DNA of 64,000 bases from Podarcis gaigeae (GCA_964106915.2 OZ066915.1), one strand, 5' to 3'; shown: positions 49,701 through 63,088, counted from the first letter of the stretch. A program made the numbers and translations. Notes: a model not told the origin generated them from the letters alone.

Positions 49701-52700
49701 ACCAGCTGCACTGGCTCCCGGTACAGTACAGGATCAGGTTTAAGGTGCTGGTTTTAACATTTAAAGCGCTATACGGCCTAGGACTCTCGTACCTACAGGA
49801 CCACCTCTCCTGGTATGTCCCACAGAGAAACTTACGGTCTTCAAACAAAAACATCTTGGAGGTCCCGGGCCACAGGGAGGTTAGGCTGGCCTCAACCAGA
49901 GCCAGGGCTTTTTCGGCTGTGGCCCCGATCTGGTGGAACGTTCTGTCACAAGAGACTAGGGCCCTGCAGGACTTGACATCTTTCCGCAGGACCTGCAAGA
50001 CAGAGCTGTTCCACCAGAACTTTGGCCAAGGCACAGTCTGACCCCCTCCTTTGGTAATCCTCACAGAACTCTAGCCCAATGGTTGCCATTAATTTGATTT
50101 TGAACTGATGTTAAAATGAATTGATTTTAGAATGCTGTGTTACTTTTATTGTTGTTAGCCTCTTTGAGCCTGGCTTTGACTGGGGAGGGTGGGATATAAA
50201 CAAATTATTTTTATTTTATTTTATTTTATTTTATTTTATTTTATTTTATTTTAATCTCTAGCACAAGAATTATTCAACCGTTTATTGACATAGTTGGCAT
50301 TATTCCTACCCATAGTAGCCAGCGAGATGGCAAAGGGGAAATTTAGAAGTGGGGTAACTAACCTCCCTAGGGTTATTCTCCAGCTCTTGGTATTGTTATC
50401 AGTGCATGTGGATGTTGGATTCCTGGCTATCATGACTTGCAGCCACTGGTACATCTGTTCATGAATTTTGTTTGTTTCCCAAACTTGGGTGCCCAGCTGT
50501 TTTTGGACTGCAGTTCCCATCACCCCTGACTTCTGGACTTGCTAGCTAGGGATGATGGGAGTTGTAGTCCCAAAACAGCTGGGGACCCAAGTTTGGGAAA
50601 CATTGACCTAGTCCCTTTTTCCGATGGAGCTTATGCCTACCTTTGATGGTGTGGAGTGCTTCTTCCCCTCCTGCCTAACGCTGCCCTTTTGTGCTGTGTT
50701 GTAGCTACAAATCCTCCTTCCTATCCCATTTTCAGGCTAGTAATGGGCAGTGGTACCAGATGAACGACTCAATGGTGCATTCGAGCAACATCAAAGTTGT
50801 CCTCAATCAACAGGCATATGTGCTTTTCTATCTTCGGTAAGTGGGGCATGATATGGGACCTGCCATTGGCCGCCTCTCTTCATGCCTGTTTCTTGGGGTG
50901 CCCTTCAATCCACCCGTCACCTTTCTGCTAATCAAGTGGAGTGGAGAGGAGCAGAAGTCCATTTTTTTTAATGGAGGGAGGAGCAGGCTGGGGTGAACTG
51001 GGGGTGATGATAATAACACGGTTGTTGCTAATGCTGGGAAGCACCCTTGCCATTCTTAACCCGCCACTGTTTTAGCAGGGTCCCCAGCTACTTCTGCTGA
51101 TGTGGTTTCCTTTTCATGTTGCTGTGCTGTAATCGCTAAATGTCATCTCATGTAAATGATCAAAATATGCAGAGGGAAGCAGAGTCCCTGGCAGTGGTGC
51201 ACAAATAGTAAATAGCAGCGAAAAGCCCAATAATATGTACCTTTTATAAAAGAAACTTTAAAAACCAAGTGTGTTTAGACCAGAGGTCGGCAACCTAAGG
51301 CCCATGGGGAGGTCTGCTGGGGAGTAGACCAGCCCGGTCTCAAAAAACGTTGCCAACCCCTGGTTTAGACCCTCTTTCAATAAAGTCTTTCTCTGTGATA
51401 AAATGTACATCAATGCTAATGAGTAGCCGCTCTGCCAAACTGTTCAAAGGCCAATATACACTAGAATACAATTAAAAAATAATAATCTTGCTATTCAGTT
51501 TTTGCACTGCCCTTTTTTGTTGAAGTCTTCAGTTTATGAATGATCTCACACCAACATCTGTAGAGGTGCGGTGTTTTTCCGTTGATCATTTGTAATCAAT
51601 AATAAACCCTGGTGTTACATTTTCATGCGGTACTTCAAATGCTGCAACAGTTTGTATTGTACTCTTGCATGCTGTCCATTGAATAATTTGAGGGCCCTAT
51701 GCATTAGCAATGTACAATCTATATAAGTCGAGATGTTTTTGCGTTTTAGATATTCCTTTGTGTGCATATTGTTTTCTGTTGGGCTTTTTGGGTTGTTTAC
51801 TGTTTTATGGTTTAAAATTGTTTCCTTAACTTCTCTATTTGCTTTCCTTTTTTAAATCTAAGACCAAACAAATACTTCTGTACTCTTTTGTATTTGTAAA
51901 CTGTAGCGCAGTGGTAGGGAACCTCAGACCTGTGTCCCAAATTAGGTGCTCCAGGACCTTCCCATTTGGCCTGCAATGTGGCTTTTTTGGGAGGGGAGGG
52001 GGGAGGAAGCCCACCTGCTCATCACTTCATGCCGGCGCATAAATGGTGAAGCTCTGGTGTCAAATTCCAAAGAAATGCTTGATAGAGCACACTATAAATG
52101 TGTGTTATAGTTGTTAGGGTACCTGATGTCATGGTGGTGTCTCTGGTGACTAATAAATGGGCAGCCCTGCCTACCCGTCGGAATGGTTTGCAGAGGGTGC
52201 CCTGATTCTTGGCCCAGATGATTTGCCAGATCCAAAATACACTCACCTTGGCTCATCAGCCACACCCAGTTCCCCACCTTGGCTGTAATGTAATCCTTCA
52301 TACTGAAGAAGGTTCGCAGCACCTGCATTCTCTTGCCAAAGATCAGGGCTTTAATCCCTGCCCTATTAAACCTTGGTTGCATGATCCTGCTCTGTGCTGG
52401 GAACCGGATTGTGCAGCCAATGCAGGATTGAAAGCTGTCCTATCATCCATCAGCTGACAACACCGGTGACATCAACTGATGGGCAGGTGGGTGTGGTTTG
52501 GAGGAAATGGCCTCCCTGAGCTAAATTAGTCCTGGTGCGCCAAGATTGGCCTAAGAGCTAGAGGTTCCCCACCCCCCTGGTCTGAAGAGTAGGGTGACCT
52601 CTAAAAACAGTGATAGCGATAAAGTACAAGTTCCTCCTTCTTCTTCCCCCTTTTCAAGGATCCCAAGTACCAGGAAGAATTCTGAGGGGACCATCTCCAA

Positions 52701-55700
52701 AAGCACATGCCCTGCATCCAACCGAGCAAGCATAGTCTCCGACCACATGAAGAAAAGCATGACCAATGGTGCCCTCGCGTCACCGCTGATGAGCAAGGTG
52801 AATATCTGCATAGTCCGCCTGCCATCCAGAATTTCCCACCGTCGGAACTGTGTGTACTTTGAACTTCAAAAGGAAAGGGAAAAGTCTTAAGCTGAGCAGT
52901 GCAGATTCTGGGCTGAGGAGAAACAAAACCCAGTGATCTGAAAAAGAAAAAAAACCCAAAGTAAATTGAGAGCGAGTACCCTGAAGCTCTCTTCAGCTAC
53001 TGAAAAATATTACGCAGTCTCCTCTTTGGCTTGGTGACGCGGTTTCAGGTTAAGAATGGAACTCTGGAATGAACTAAGTTCGTAACCGGAGGTACCACTG
53101 TACTGGGGGTGGGTGGCGTTGTGGGTAAAACCTCAGTGCCTAGGGCTTGCCGATTGTATGGTCGGCGGTTCGAATTCCCGCGGCGGGGTGAGCTCCCGTC
53201 TTTCGGTCCCAGCTCCTGCCCACCTAGCAGTTCGAAAGCACCCCTAAGTGCAAGTAGATAAATAGGTACCGCTTTGTAGCGGGAAGGTAAACTGCGTTTC
53301 CGTGTGCTGCACTGGTGCTGGCTCGCCAGAGCAGCTTCATCACGCTGGCCATGTGACCCGGAAGTGTCTCCGGACAGCGCTGGCCCCCGGCCTCTTAAGT
53401 GAGATGGGCACACAACCCTAGAGTCGGACACGACTGGCCCGTACGGGCAGGGGTACCTTTACCTTTACCTTTTTACCCTGAAGCTCTCTTCAGCTACTGA
53501 AAAATATTACGCAGTCTCCTCTTTGGCTTGGTATGTTATCTGCACACTTTTCATCAGCAGCCATAAGTGCAAGTTTATTTTTGGGGGGGGGGGGGATTGA
53601 ACTTGAAAGCATACAAATGCACTGCAGCAGGCAGGCAGACAGCCCAAGACACTTATGAGTTGTGGGGAGTGTACTACAAAAGATTGATGAAATTGTTGGG
53701 TTGATGCTTCCGATGCAGTCACAAAACTGGCATTTTGAGTGTTAATTTGTGGAGGAACTAAAGCCTTGTTCTGCCCCCAGCTTTGTTCTGCCCCCTGCAG
53801 CCTGAAGTGGTACAATCCACTCACAGGTTTACCACTTCTGTGGATTGTACCACTTCAGGCTGCAGGGGGGAAGGCTCACATGCCTGAATGTTTCTTTGCC
53901 TAGAAAACAAGATGGCAGCGAGAGGTTTGAGCCTAGCCGTTTCCCTAGCATTCCAACTTCCTATGTGAAGTACATCAAAATAACACAAAAATGGGGGTGC
54001 GTTCCCTCACACGAGCCCTCTCCTGTGGTGTCAGTTGGTTCCCATTTTGTGGTGTTGGCTCTCCACCTGTCTTCGTTCAACACCTATTATGTTCTTTCAC
54101 TACAGAGGCAAGATGTGACGCAGGCCAGGAAGACGTTGGACCCTGAGGAACCTGGCGTCCCTGTTCCTCGCAGCTCCTTTGCTTCCAACTCCAAACCCCA
54201 GAACGGGACGCTTCCTCCTTCTCCTCATCCGAAGCTCATCCCTGCTGTTGGGTTCTCCTCACCTAAGCTCCCTGCCAAGCTGTCTTTCCTAGACGACTTC
54301 AGCAAGAGGTCCAAGAAGCAGCCTCTCCTGCCACTCAAAACATCTCAGGACTTCAGTGAGGCCACCAGTGTCAGGGTGGAGATGGGCAAGCAGAGCTCCT
54401 GGGGGGACAAGGGCTTGGCATTGTCTTCACAGCCGCCAGAGGCTCCCAGAGGAGACCCCGAGGCCAAAGTTCGTGAGGAAGGCCCAGAGGTGCCGAGCAA
54501 GGCCTCCTCGCCTTTGACTTCTTCCTCCTCGTCCTCTTCCTCCTCGTCCTCTTCAAGCAGCTCCTTTTCCTCCAGTCCAGCACATCGCCCAGCCAAAGGA
54601 CTCCCGCAGGCCACAATGGGTGTCAACGGCTACTGCTCCTCTCAGGAATCGGACTGTGCCTCTGGGAAACCTGTTTCCGAGGACTCCAAGTTTGCCAAGC
54701 TGAAGTCGCCTTTGCTGGCTAATGTGACCAATCTGGAGCTGGGAAATACCATGTCCCCCCCACCTGCAAAAAAACTGGCCCTCTCTGCCAGGAAGGTGCG
54801 TTTTAGGGGTACTTTACCTCACCTACCTCCAAAATGGTGGCAAAAGGAGTGGTGATTTGGGGGGTGGGGTGGGGTAGATTCAGGCAGAGGGGGCATTTCA
54901 CCCCACAGACTCAATCGCATATCATGCAATCGTAGAGTTGGAAGGGATCATCTAGTCCAGGGTTTCCCAAACATGGGACTCCAGCTGTTTTTGGACTACA
55001 ACTTCCACCATCCCTAGCTAGCAGGACCAGTGGTCAGGGATGATGGGAACTGTAGTCCAGAAGCAGCTGGAAATCCAAGTTTGGGAAACTGATCTAGTCC
55101 AACCCCCTGCAAGGCAGGAATATTTTGCCTAAAGCGGGGCGCGAACCCACAACCCTGAGATTCAAGAGTCTCATTCTCTACCAGCTGAGCTGTTTTGTAG
55201 GTAGGAGCCCAGGGAGATTCATCACCTGGCCAGCTTGTAAGTCCCAAGTACTTTCTGACTACCCTCCATTGTTGCATACTTGGGGGCAATACTACGGCCC
55301 ACACATAATGCTAAGTCAAATCATGGCTTAGTGTGAAAAAGCAAATGTGCAGGTTCCCTGATTCAAGGATTGCGGCCACAGCACTCCTCTTGTGCTGCCC
55401 AGGGCAGAGCAGTGGCTTGGCCCAGGTTCAGATGCCGTTCTAAGCCAAACCATGGCTTGGTCCTGGGTAGCATGGCAGCAAGCAGAACCCGGGGAGGAGC
55501 AAAGCGGCTGAGATCTCCACTCCCGGAACCGGCGTGCGCCCTATTCGTGCTCAGCCATGGTTTGGCCTCATTCTACCTGCGAACAAGCTCAGTATTCTTT
55601 TAAGCAGGTGTCTTGCCTTGCGAATGCATTCTGTGCAGGGGGACCCTGTTTCCCCAGAGTCTAGGGGAGAAACTTCTGTTCTGTCAAGCTGGTCTCCCCT

Positions 55701-58700
55701 CATTCTTGCCCCTTCAAATCCTCTTGCTTGCTGAGGCCCACATTAAAGGAGGCATTTCGCTGCTCACAGGGCCAGAGCAGAGAGACCCTGGCTGGTTCTT
55801 TTCGTACCTCTCTTTGGAAACAAGGAAGATGGGAAGGTGCCTGTTGCCCATTGTTTTATTCTAACACTGTTCTGTCTTTATACTTGTCCTTCCTTCTTTT
55901 CCCTTTGTTTCTAACAGCAAACACTTTTCTGATTCTTTTTCCCTGTCCCACCCCCACCCGTTCTTTTGTTTTCCCCCTTCCCCTCTCTTCTTGCTCTGCC
56001 CCCTGGGGTCACGGAAACCTCTTTTTAGACCACCAAGTTTTTATTTATGTCAATAACTACAGGGCAGCAACACACTGCAGAAACTGAGCAGCAGTGAGCG
56101 CCTGGCGCCGCCCCACCCTCCACCAGCTGCTACAAAAACCACCCACCCCGTCTGTGCCGCTGCGCTCGACTATCCCAGGTGAGCTCCTGGGGCCCTTGCG
56201 GGGGGTGGGGGGCGGTCATAACCCTGGCCTGGCTTTCTGAACCCTGTCCTTGCTGTGTGGCTCTTTGGCTTGTCATAATAAGTCACTGTAGCGTTTGGTA
56301 CTTTTCTGAAGCAAAGCCTTTCTGGATTTGAGGGTATAATTGTATATTGCTTTAAAAGTAGCACATGGTTCGTTTAATCATATGTGACTCCGGTCACATC
56401 AAGTCAACAGAATACAACTTTCAACTTCAAATGTACTCATCGATACGGCGTTCAACTTTTTTCTTTTTATATTGATTCCACCCATGCTCCTCATATTTGA
56501 CCTGTATTTCAGCCTCATCTTACCAAATAATTGGGGTTCTCAGTTTATTATCACATGGTCAACCTCTGCCTGTTTGTGTTTTTAAATTTCACCATATGTT
56601 CTAGGTCCCAAACCTATCCAAGCCTCTGATTGAAGAGGGTCTGGTTTTCCCCAAGCCTGACATGTGGTCATACAGGCTGCTATTGCTATAAGGCGGACTG
56701 TCATTTTGAGATCTTCTTGGGGGTCCCACAATTCCTTTAAAATAGCCTGATAATACTACTGCTAAAACAGGTGCATGCAGGGCTGCATTCTATTCTGGGC
56801 ACCTTTCTGTGGCAAAGGTGGGGCGAGCTAGGAATGTAAATTTTGTCCTTGCACAGCAGGCAAGTTTCTAAATACACTCATGCTCCCCTCTAGAACCCTA
56901 CATCCAGGCAACCGGAGTTTGATGGCACATACCAACCCGATAAAAACCCTTGAGAGGGTATGAAGTAGGATTGGCGAGGGCTGTGGCCCAGGAGAAGGGA
57001 TCGTGGCCCACGGATGGTCGTGAGGGCCATATCAAGGCGTAGAGAGGCCACATCTGGCCCCTATGCCTGAGGTTCTGTATCCCTCTAGTAAGGGTTATTC
57101 ATAATCCAGTACTTTATTTCTCTTAATACATGATGCCAGGCCACCATCTCTTGCCATATAACCTTGCATCAGTGCAGTCTTCCTTCCCCACCCTTTTACT
57201 AGCGCTCAGTTGAGAGTCTTTCGCGTTGAGAGTCTTGTTGGCTCTCGTTCTTCATCTGAGTTCTCCAGGGACAAGTGTACTTCCTGGGTGCAGGCCTGTC
57301 AGCTGTCCAGCCTCTGCAGAGGTGCACAAATGCATTGCTCTGTACTGCAAGCTTTTTGTGCTACGGCGAGACACTCTGTTCTTTGAGACTAAACTCTTAA
57401 AAGCAGTACAAATTAGCTTATACTTAGGGAGCAGTGCATCTGCATGCTTTGAATACAGATGGAACTTAAGGGGTTGTTTATCCTGCAAGAAGCAGTGCAG
57501 AACGGAGCAATAGAAGGAGGTGATCTCTAGGGAAATGTCCATGCAAGGGGGCGGGGGGTTCCTCACTGCTCCAAAAAACCCCCAAGAATTATTGTGAATG
57601 GCCTTAAAATATTCAAATATAGCTCCACAACCTGGTGAATATAAAAACTCAAGCACCAAAGTGCCTTGGCGGGACAGCTTTGAATTTGGCACTGAAATAA
57701 CTCCTTAATTAGGGCCTAGAAATCCTCCAGCCCAGAAGAACTCCACGCCTGTGTTATGAATATGTTCTAGCTGACCGTCCTATGTATGTCTTTAGGTGAA
57801 TAAATCTCTATAGACGGAGCTAGAAGTGGCATAGAGCTTAGGACCCTCGTACCTGCGGGACCGCCTCTCCTGGTATGCCCCACGGAGGACCTTAAGGTCC
57901 ACAAATAGCAACACCCTAGAGGTCCCGGGCCCTAAGGAAGTCAGATTAGCCTCAACCAGAGCCAGGGCCTTTTCAATACTGGCTCCGGCCTGGTGGAACG
58001 CTCTGTCTCATGAGACCAGGGCCCTGTGGGATCTGATTTCTTTCCACAGGGCCTGTAAGACAGAGTTGTTCCGCCTGGCCTTTGGCTTGGAATCAACTTG
58101 ATCCCCTCCCCCTCCCCCTCTTTCCTTTTTCCTTTCTCCTTCTGTGATGGAACTCCTATTTGGGGACTTCCCTTGCTTTTTTCTGGACCAGTCTGGATAG
58201 TTGGCCTTGGTGAAGATTTGACGTTTTCGTCCCCAAAAGTTTTTGATTTGAGTTTCTACTGAAATGAGGCTGCATTTTAATGTTGTATTTTAATCTTGTT
58301 TTTAAGTTGTATTTTAATCAATTGTTTTTATACCTGGTGTTAGCCGCTCTGAGCCTGGTCTTGGCTGGCTGGGGAGGGCAGGGTATGTATGTATGTATGT
58401 ATGTATGTATGTATGTATGTATAAATAATAATAATTATTATTATTAGTGAGGAAACATTGCAGGGTCAGTGAAGTGGGGTTGGGCCTTTGGGATAGGGGC
58501 AGAAACAGTTCCAAAGCCTGACGCCATACCAGTCTTAAGCCTGGAAGGAGCTGAATGTTTATTAATGCCTAGGACATGTGGGGTGGTCTGCCTCTGTATC
58601 CCAGTTGCTGCAGATCACAAGTAGGGAAAGAGCTGTTGTGCCCAAGTCCTGGGCACCTGGTTGACCACTCTGAGAACAGAATGCAGAATTAGATGCATGA

Positions 58701-61700
58701 ATCCAACAGGGCTTTCCTTTGCTTCGGTTGACAATGCTTTGTCCTTCTGGGTGATGTAAGGGACCATTTATGTTGTGAAAGAGGCCGGCACTGGCTCTCT
58801 TTTAGAACAGAAACGGGTGTGGTCTTCTGCAGAGACTTCTGCCGCTTTGGCGTTGGTTGGCTCTTAGCTTTGTCTGTGTGTGATTCTCTAGGACGCCCTC
58901 ATCTGCTTCCAAATCTTCAGCGCCTCCACCACCGGCCAGCAGCGCCTTTGTCAAACCCTTGCCCAGCTTCAAATCATGCTGCCTCTCTGCCGCCCCTCTG
59001 CCGCCACCTGCGGTGCCCAAAGAGGCACTGAGCCACTCTTGCCCAGACCGGGACAAGAGGCCTTTCCTTGCCAGCTCCAAGAAGAGGAAAAGGAAGCGTA
59101 GCCTCTCGGAGGAAGAACAAGGCACCCATTGCATCCCAAGCACACGAACCATTGGTGCAGAGGGAACCTGCCTCTCCAACCCACCCAGGAAGAAGAGGCA
59201 ACTCGAGGAAAACGGCAGGCCTGGAGACTCCTCTCCTGAACCGGAATCTGACTTGGTGGCAGCCAGGAAGGGAGAGGAAGAGGGAATAGCTGGAGGCTGC
59301 AAGGTAGCAGATCCTAGTCTAGCTAACTCCACCCAAAAGAGGAAAAAGAAGAAAAAGAAAAGGAAGCTGCAGCAAACAGAGGAAGACTGTAAGCCTTTGC
59401 TGTCCCCTGTGAACAGGTGAGTGTTTGCTTGGTTGTCTTTTCTAGGGGAAGGGCTTTGCTTGGAGAGAGAAAATGAGCACTTGACATCTCCACCATCTGG
59501 AGGTGCATGCCTGGGGATCCTTGGATCTTGACTGTTTTCACACACTAATACCTCATCCTGTAGAATTCTATCGGTTATATTTTATCTGTGCAATCGGAAT
59601 GAATTTCAGGAACCAACATGTCTTTTCTGTGCAGCCAGAACAGGAGCAGTGAACAGTGTTATAGGTAAGTGAGGCTTGTCTTCACTTAACCCACCCCACT
59701 GCCTGCTCAGTTATGAAGCATATTCTTATGTTATGAATGGTCTGTTGTCACCATTAGGGGAAAAGAGGTCAGAAATAGACCATTGTATATGTGGACTGTC
59801 CCTGGATCAAGTAACTTTCCTTAAGTTCTCAAAACTCTTAACCTAGCTCAAGGTTGTCATCTGAACTAGCCAGATGTTTAACTGCGAATCACTCAAGTCA
59901 ATCCATCATTTGAAAAATAAGGCTTGCCATCTTGCCCAAAAATGGCAACTGGACATTCCATTTTGGCAACTTTTACCTTGGTTTGAGGAGCCATTTGGCG
60001 CCTAGGCTTATATATCTGAGTTTCTAACACTGTTGGGATGACAAGCCATGAAGACTTAGACTAAGCTCTCAGACCCCTCTGTAAATTGCTAGGTTGCTTA
60101 CATTGCTAGGTAGGAGTGTGTTTCCTTGTTACCTGTGTCTCAAGGGTCTTTGGGCCTCCCCCCTGCCCCCCATCACCTTCAATAATAATAATAATAATAA
60201 TAATAAATAATAATAATAATAAAACAAGTGGAGCCTTTGAGCCTAGTGGAACCTGGCATTGCCCTGTGTTTACACCAGTCCTTCCTGCTGCCTTTTGGAC
60301 CAATGTTTTGCTTAATCCTGGCCCTTCCTGTCTGGTTGACCATCCTCTTTCCTCCCCTTTAAAGGACTGTGCCTACAAACCTGAGGCACTTTTATATTTT
60401 TGAGGCTTCAATCCTGTGCAAGCTCAATTGGGAGTAAAATCTGCTAAGCAGAGTGAGTTCGTCTTCTGAGTAGAGATGTAGATGTATTAAACAGGCCAAA
60501 AGGTAAAAAGGTAAAGGGGACCCCTGACCATTAGGTCTAGTCGTGGCTGACTGGGGTTGTGGTGCTCATCTCACTTTACAAGCTGAGGGAACCGGCATAC
60601 AGCTTCCAGGTCATGTGGCCAGCATGACTAAGCCACTTCTGGCAAACCAGAACAGCTCACGGAAACGCCGTTTACCTTCCCGCCGGAGCGGTACCTATTT
60701 ATCTACTTGCACTTTGACGTGCTTTCGAACTGCTAGGTTGGCAGGAGCTGGGACCAAGCAACGGGAGCTCACCCTGTCACGGGAATTCGAACCGCCGACC
60801 TTCTGATCGGCAAGTCCTAGGCTCTGTGGTTTAACCCACAGCAGTCTTCTGAGTAGAGCTGTAGATGTATTAAACAGGCCAAAAGGTACAGCTCGATAAT
60901 TTTGATAAGAAGAAAGCAAGCACAGCATATAGTTCCCCCAAACGTTCCTCTTCCTCACCCTTGTAAAATGAAAGCTCTGAGGGAGGGGGAAGTATGCCTC
61001 CCAGATTTTCCAGAAGCCTGGTGCCTCTTATCTGTGTATAACTAAAAATAGGTTTTGGGATTCTGCCGCTGCTACTGGTCCAGACTGCGGGGTGTTTTGC
61101 TCAGATGCATTTTGCAGAATATACATCTGCCTAGAGATGAAACTGACGGGTTTCTGACTGGCATCTCTCTGTACGCCTGATCCTTTTAAGCAAGATCATG
61201 TAGCTGAAGGCTAGGCTTGCCATACATCAGGAAAATTCCTGATATGTCCTCGCTTTCAGGTGTAAAAATGGCGTCGTGGGAATTTTGCCGAAATGTCTGG
61301 GAAACCCGGATGTCAGGCAACACAATGGAAAAAGCAGCAGAAACAGCTCCAGAAGCTTAGAATCATTATTTTGGGGGAGGTTCCCCCCCCCCCAAAAAAA
61401 GCTCAACTTTTTGAAATAATGCAACCTTACTGAAGGCTAAATCTGGACCCTCTCAGAAACATGGGCTGCTGGTTGCTGGATAAGACATGGAAATTTGGAA
61501 AGGAAAGGAAATCATATAAATATGCTTACTTTTCTGAGTGCTAGTCTTTATGCGGCCCCAAACAGCACCATATTGGCACAGATATATTAGGTTTGGGGTG
61601 ACCTCAAGGTTTACAGAAGGAAAAACAGTAGGGGGGAGAGCCCCGGAATAGCCCAGTAAGGACTGAGCATGCTCAGTACCAAATAATGCTGACTGGTTGT

Positions 61701-62136
61701 TTGCGGGGAGGCGGATGGACTAAATATCTGGGAAGAGGGGCATGTTTACCTGGCTGGAATCCTGAACTGGAACACCCACCCACCCCAGTTCAGCATTTTG
61801 TTGTGAGACTTTGCTCGCATGTATAGCGGTCTTCATCTTTGGAACCTGCATATAAATGCATGACGAGCCCTTTTGTGTCCTATTTCGTTGTTTTATGCAG
61901 AAAGTTCATTTTTGATGGAGGCCGTTTTAAGAGACTGGTTTTTATTTTTACCTATTTATTAGATTCATATACCACCCTTTATCATAAGATCTCTGGGTGA
62001 TTCACAGAATAAAAAACAGGATAAAAACAAGTAAATAAGTAAAAATACCCTACCCTTTCCCACAGACACATTTAAAAGGCGGTAGAGTATTAATCAGCCA
62101 AAGGCCTGGTTGAAGAGGAACGTTTTCACCTGGTGC

Positions 62137-62183
<47 letters not shown>

Positions 62184-63033
62184 TGAAGGCACCAGGTGAA
62201 CCTCCCTGGGGCGACTATTCAACAAACGGAGCCGCCACAGAGATGTTGCCACCCTCTGTACCCCGAATGGAGGGGGCCCACAAAGAAGGGCCTCGGATTA
62301 TGATCTCAGAGTCCATTTGGGTTCATATGGGGAAAGGGTCCTTGGGGTGGTATTCTTCGTACTTTCTCATTGCATTCAGATACAGTTTTAAAGCAGGTTA
62401 TTTTAAAGCAATGGCTGCTGATTGTACTTTTTTCTGGGTGGGTGGGAGGAACAGTTCTAACTTTGTAAAAATAAATGAATAAAACCAAATGGGTTGGCTG
62501 TTGTTTTTTAATCCATTTTGCAGCTGCCCTCCACAGCGTGAGGCAGAAGCCTGCCTAATAGCCCATGAGCCGGTGGAGGAGTCCTGTAGCCTGAAGAAGA
62601 AGAAGAAAAAGAAGCAGCAGCAGCTTCCTTGCCCAGCTTCGGACAGCGGCAGCCCTGCTGGAGAGAGCGAGCACCGAAAGCACAAGAGGAGGGAGAAGCA
62701 GGGGGGCTCTGTGCCAGAGGCCAGCAGCCCCCAAGAAGAACAGAGAGAAAATGGCCTTTCCTCTGCTAGAATCAGCCCCCCAGGTTTGAGACATATCTAT
62801 ATCTTAGCTGGGTGGTGTGCGGAGAAAGGAGATTTAGAGAGTGGGGGGCGGTGTACCCCCCAGTTCAGATCAGCTCCTAGAATGGGCATAGGGGAGCTTG
62901 GCCTTGCTGCAGTTCTAAACTAGGCTGAGCTGCCAGTAAGCTCCACTGTATCTGTGAAGAGCAGTAGTGACACTTGCCCCAAACCCAGAGCTCTTTTTGG
63001 GACACGGAAAAACTTACCTATTTATGTATTTAT

Positions 63034-63088
<55 letters not shown>

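Noticed and set aside
49607-50041. 144-aa ORF with a protein-like sequence
   Set aside because: C-terminal remnant of an L2 LINE ORF2, not a host gene
55125-55191. tRNA-Lys(CTT)-like sequence on the minus strand
   Set aside because: Broken acceptor stem, extra base in the anticodon arm, fused to a SINE body; it is a SINE head, not a tRNA gene
58802-59545. 247-aa minus-strand ORF (also 41433-42071)
   Set aside because: Antisense shadows of real USP36 exons
61260-61420. Possible extra USP36 exon after ctttcag|
   Set aside because: Overlaps repeat-like sequence resembling 26700-26830, has no convincing donor before a stop, and is not needed for phase
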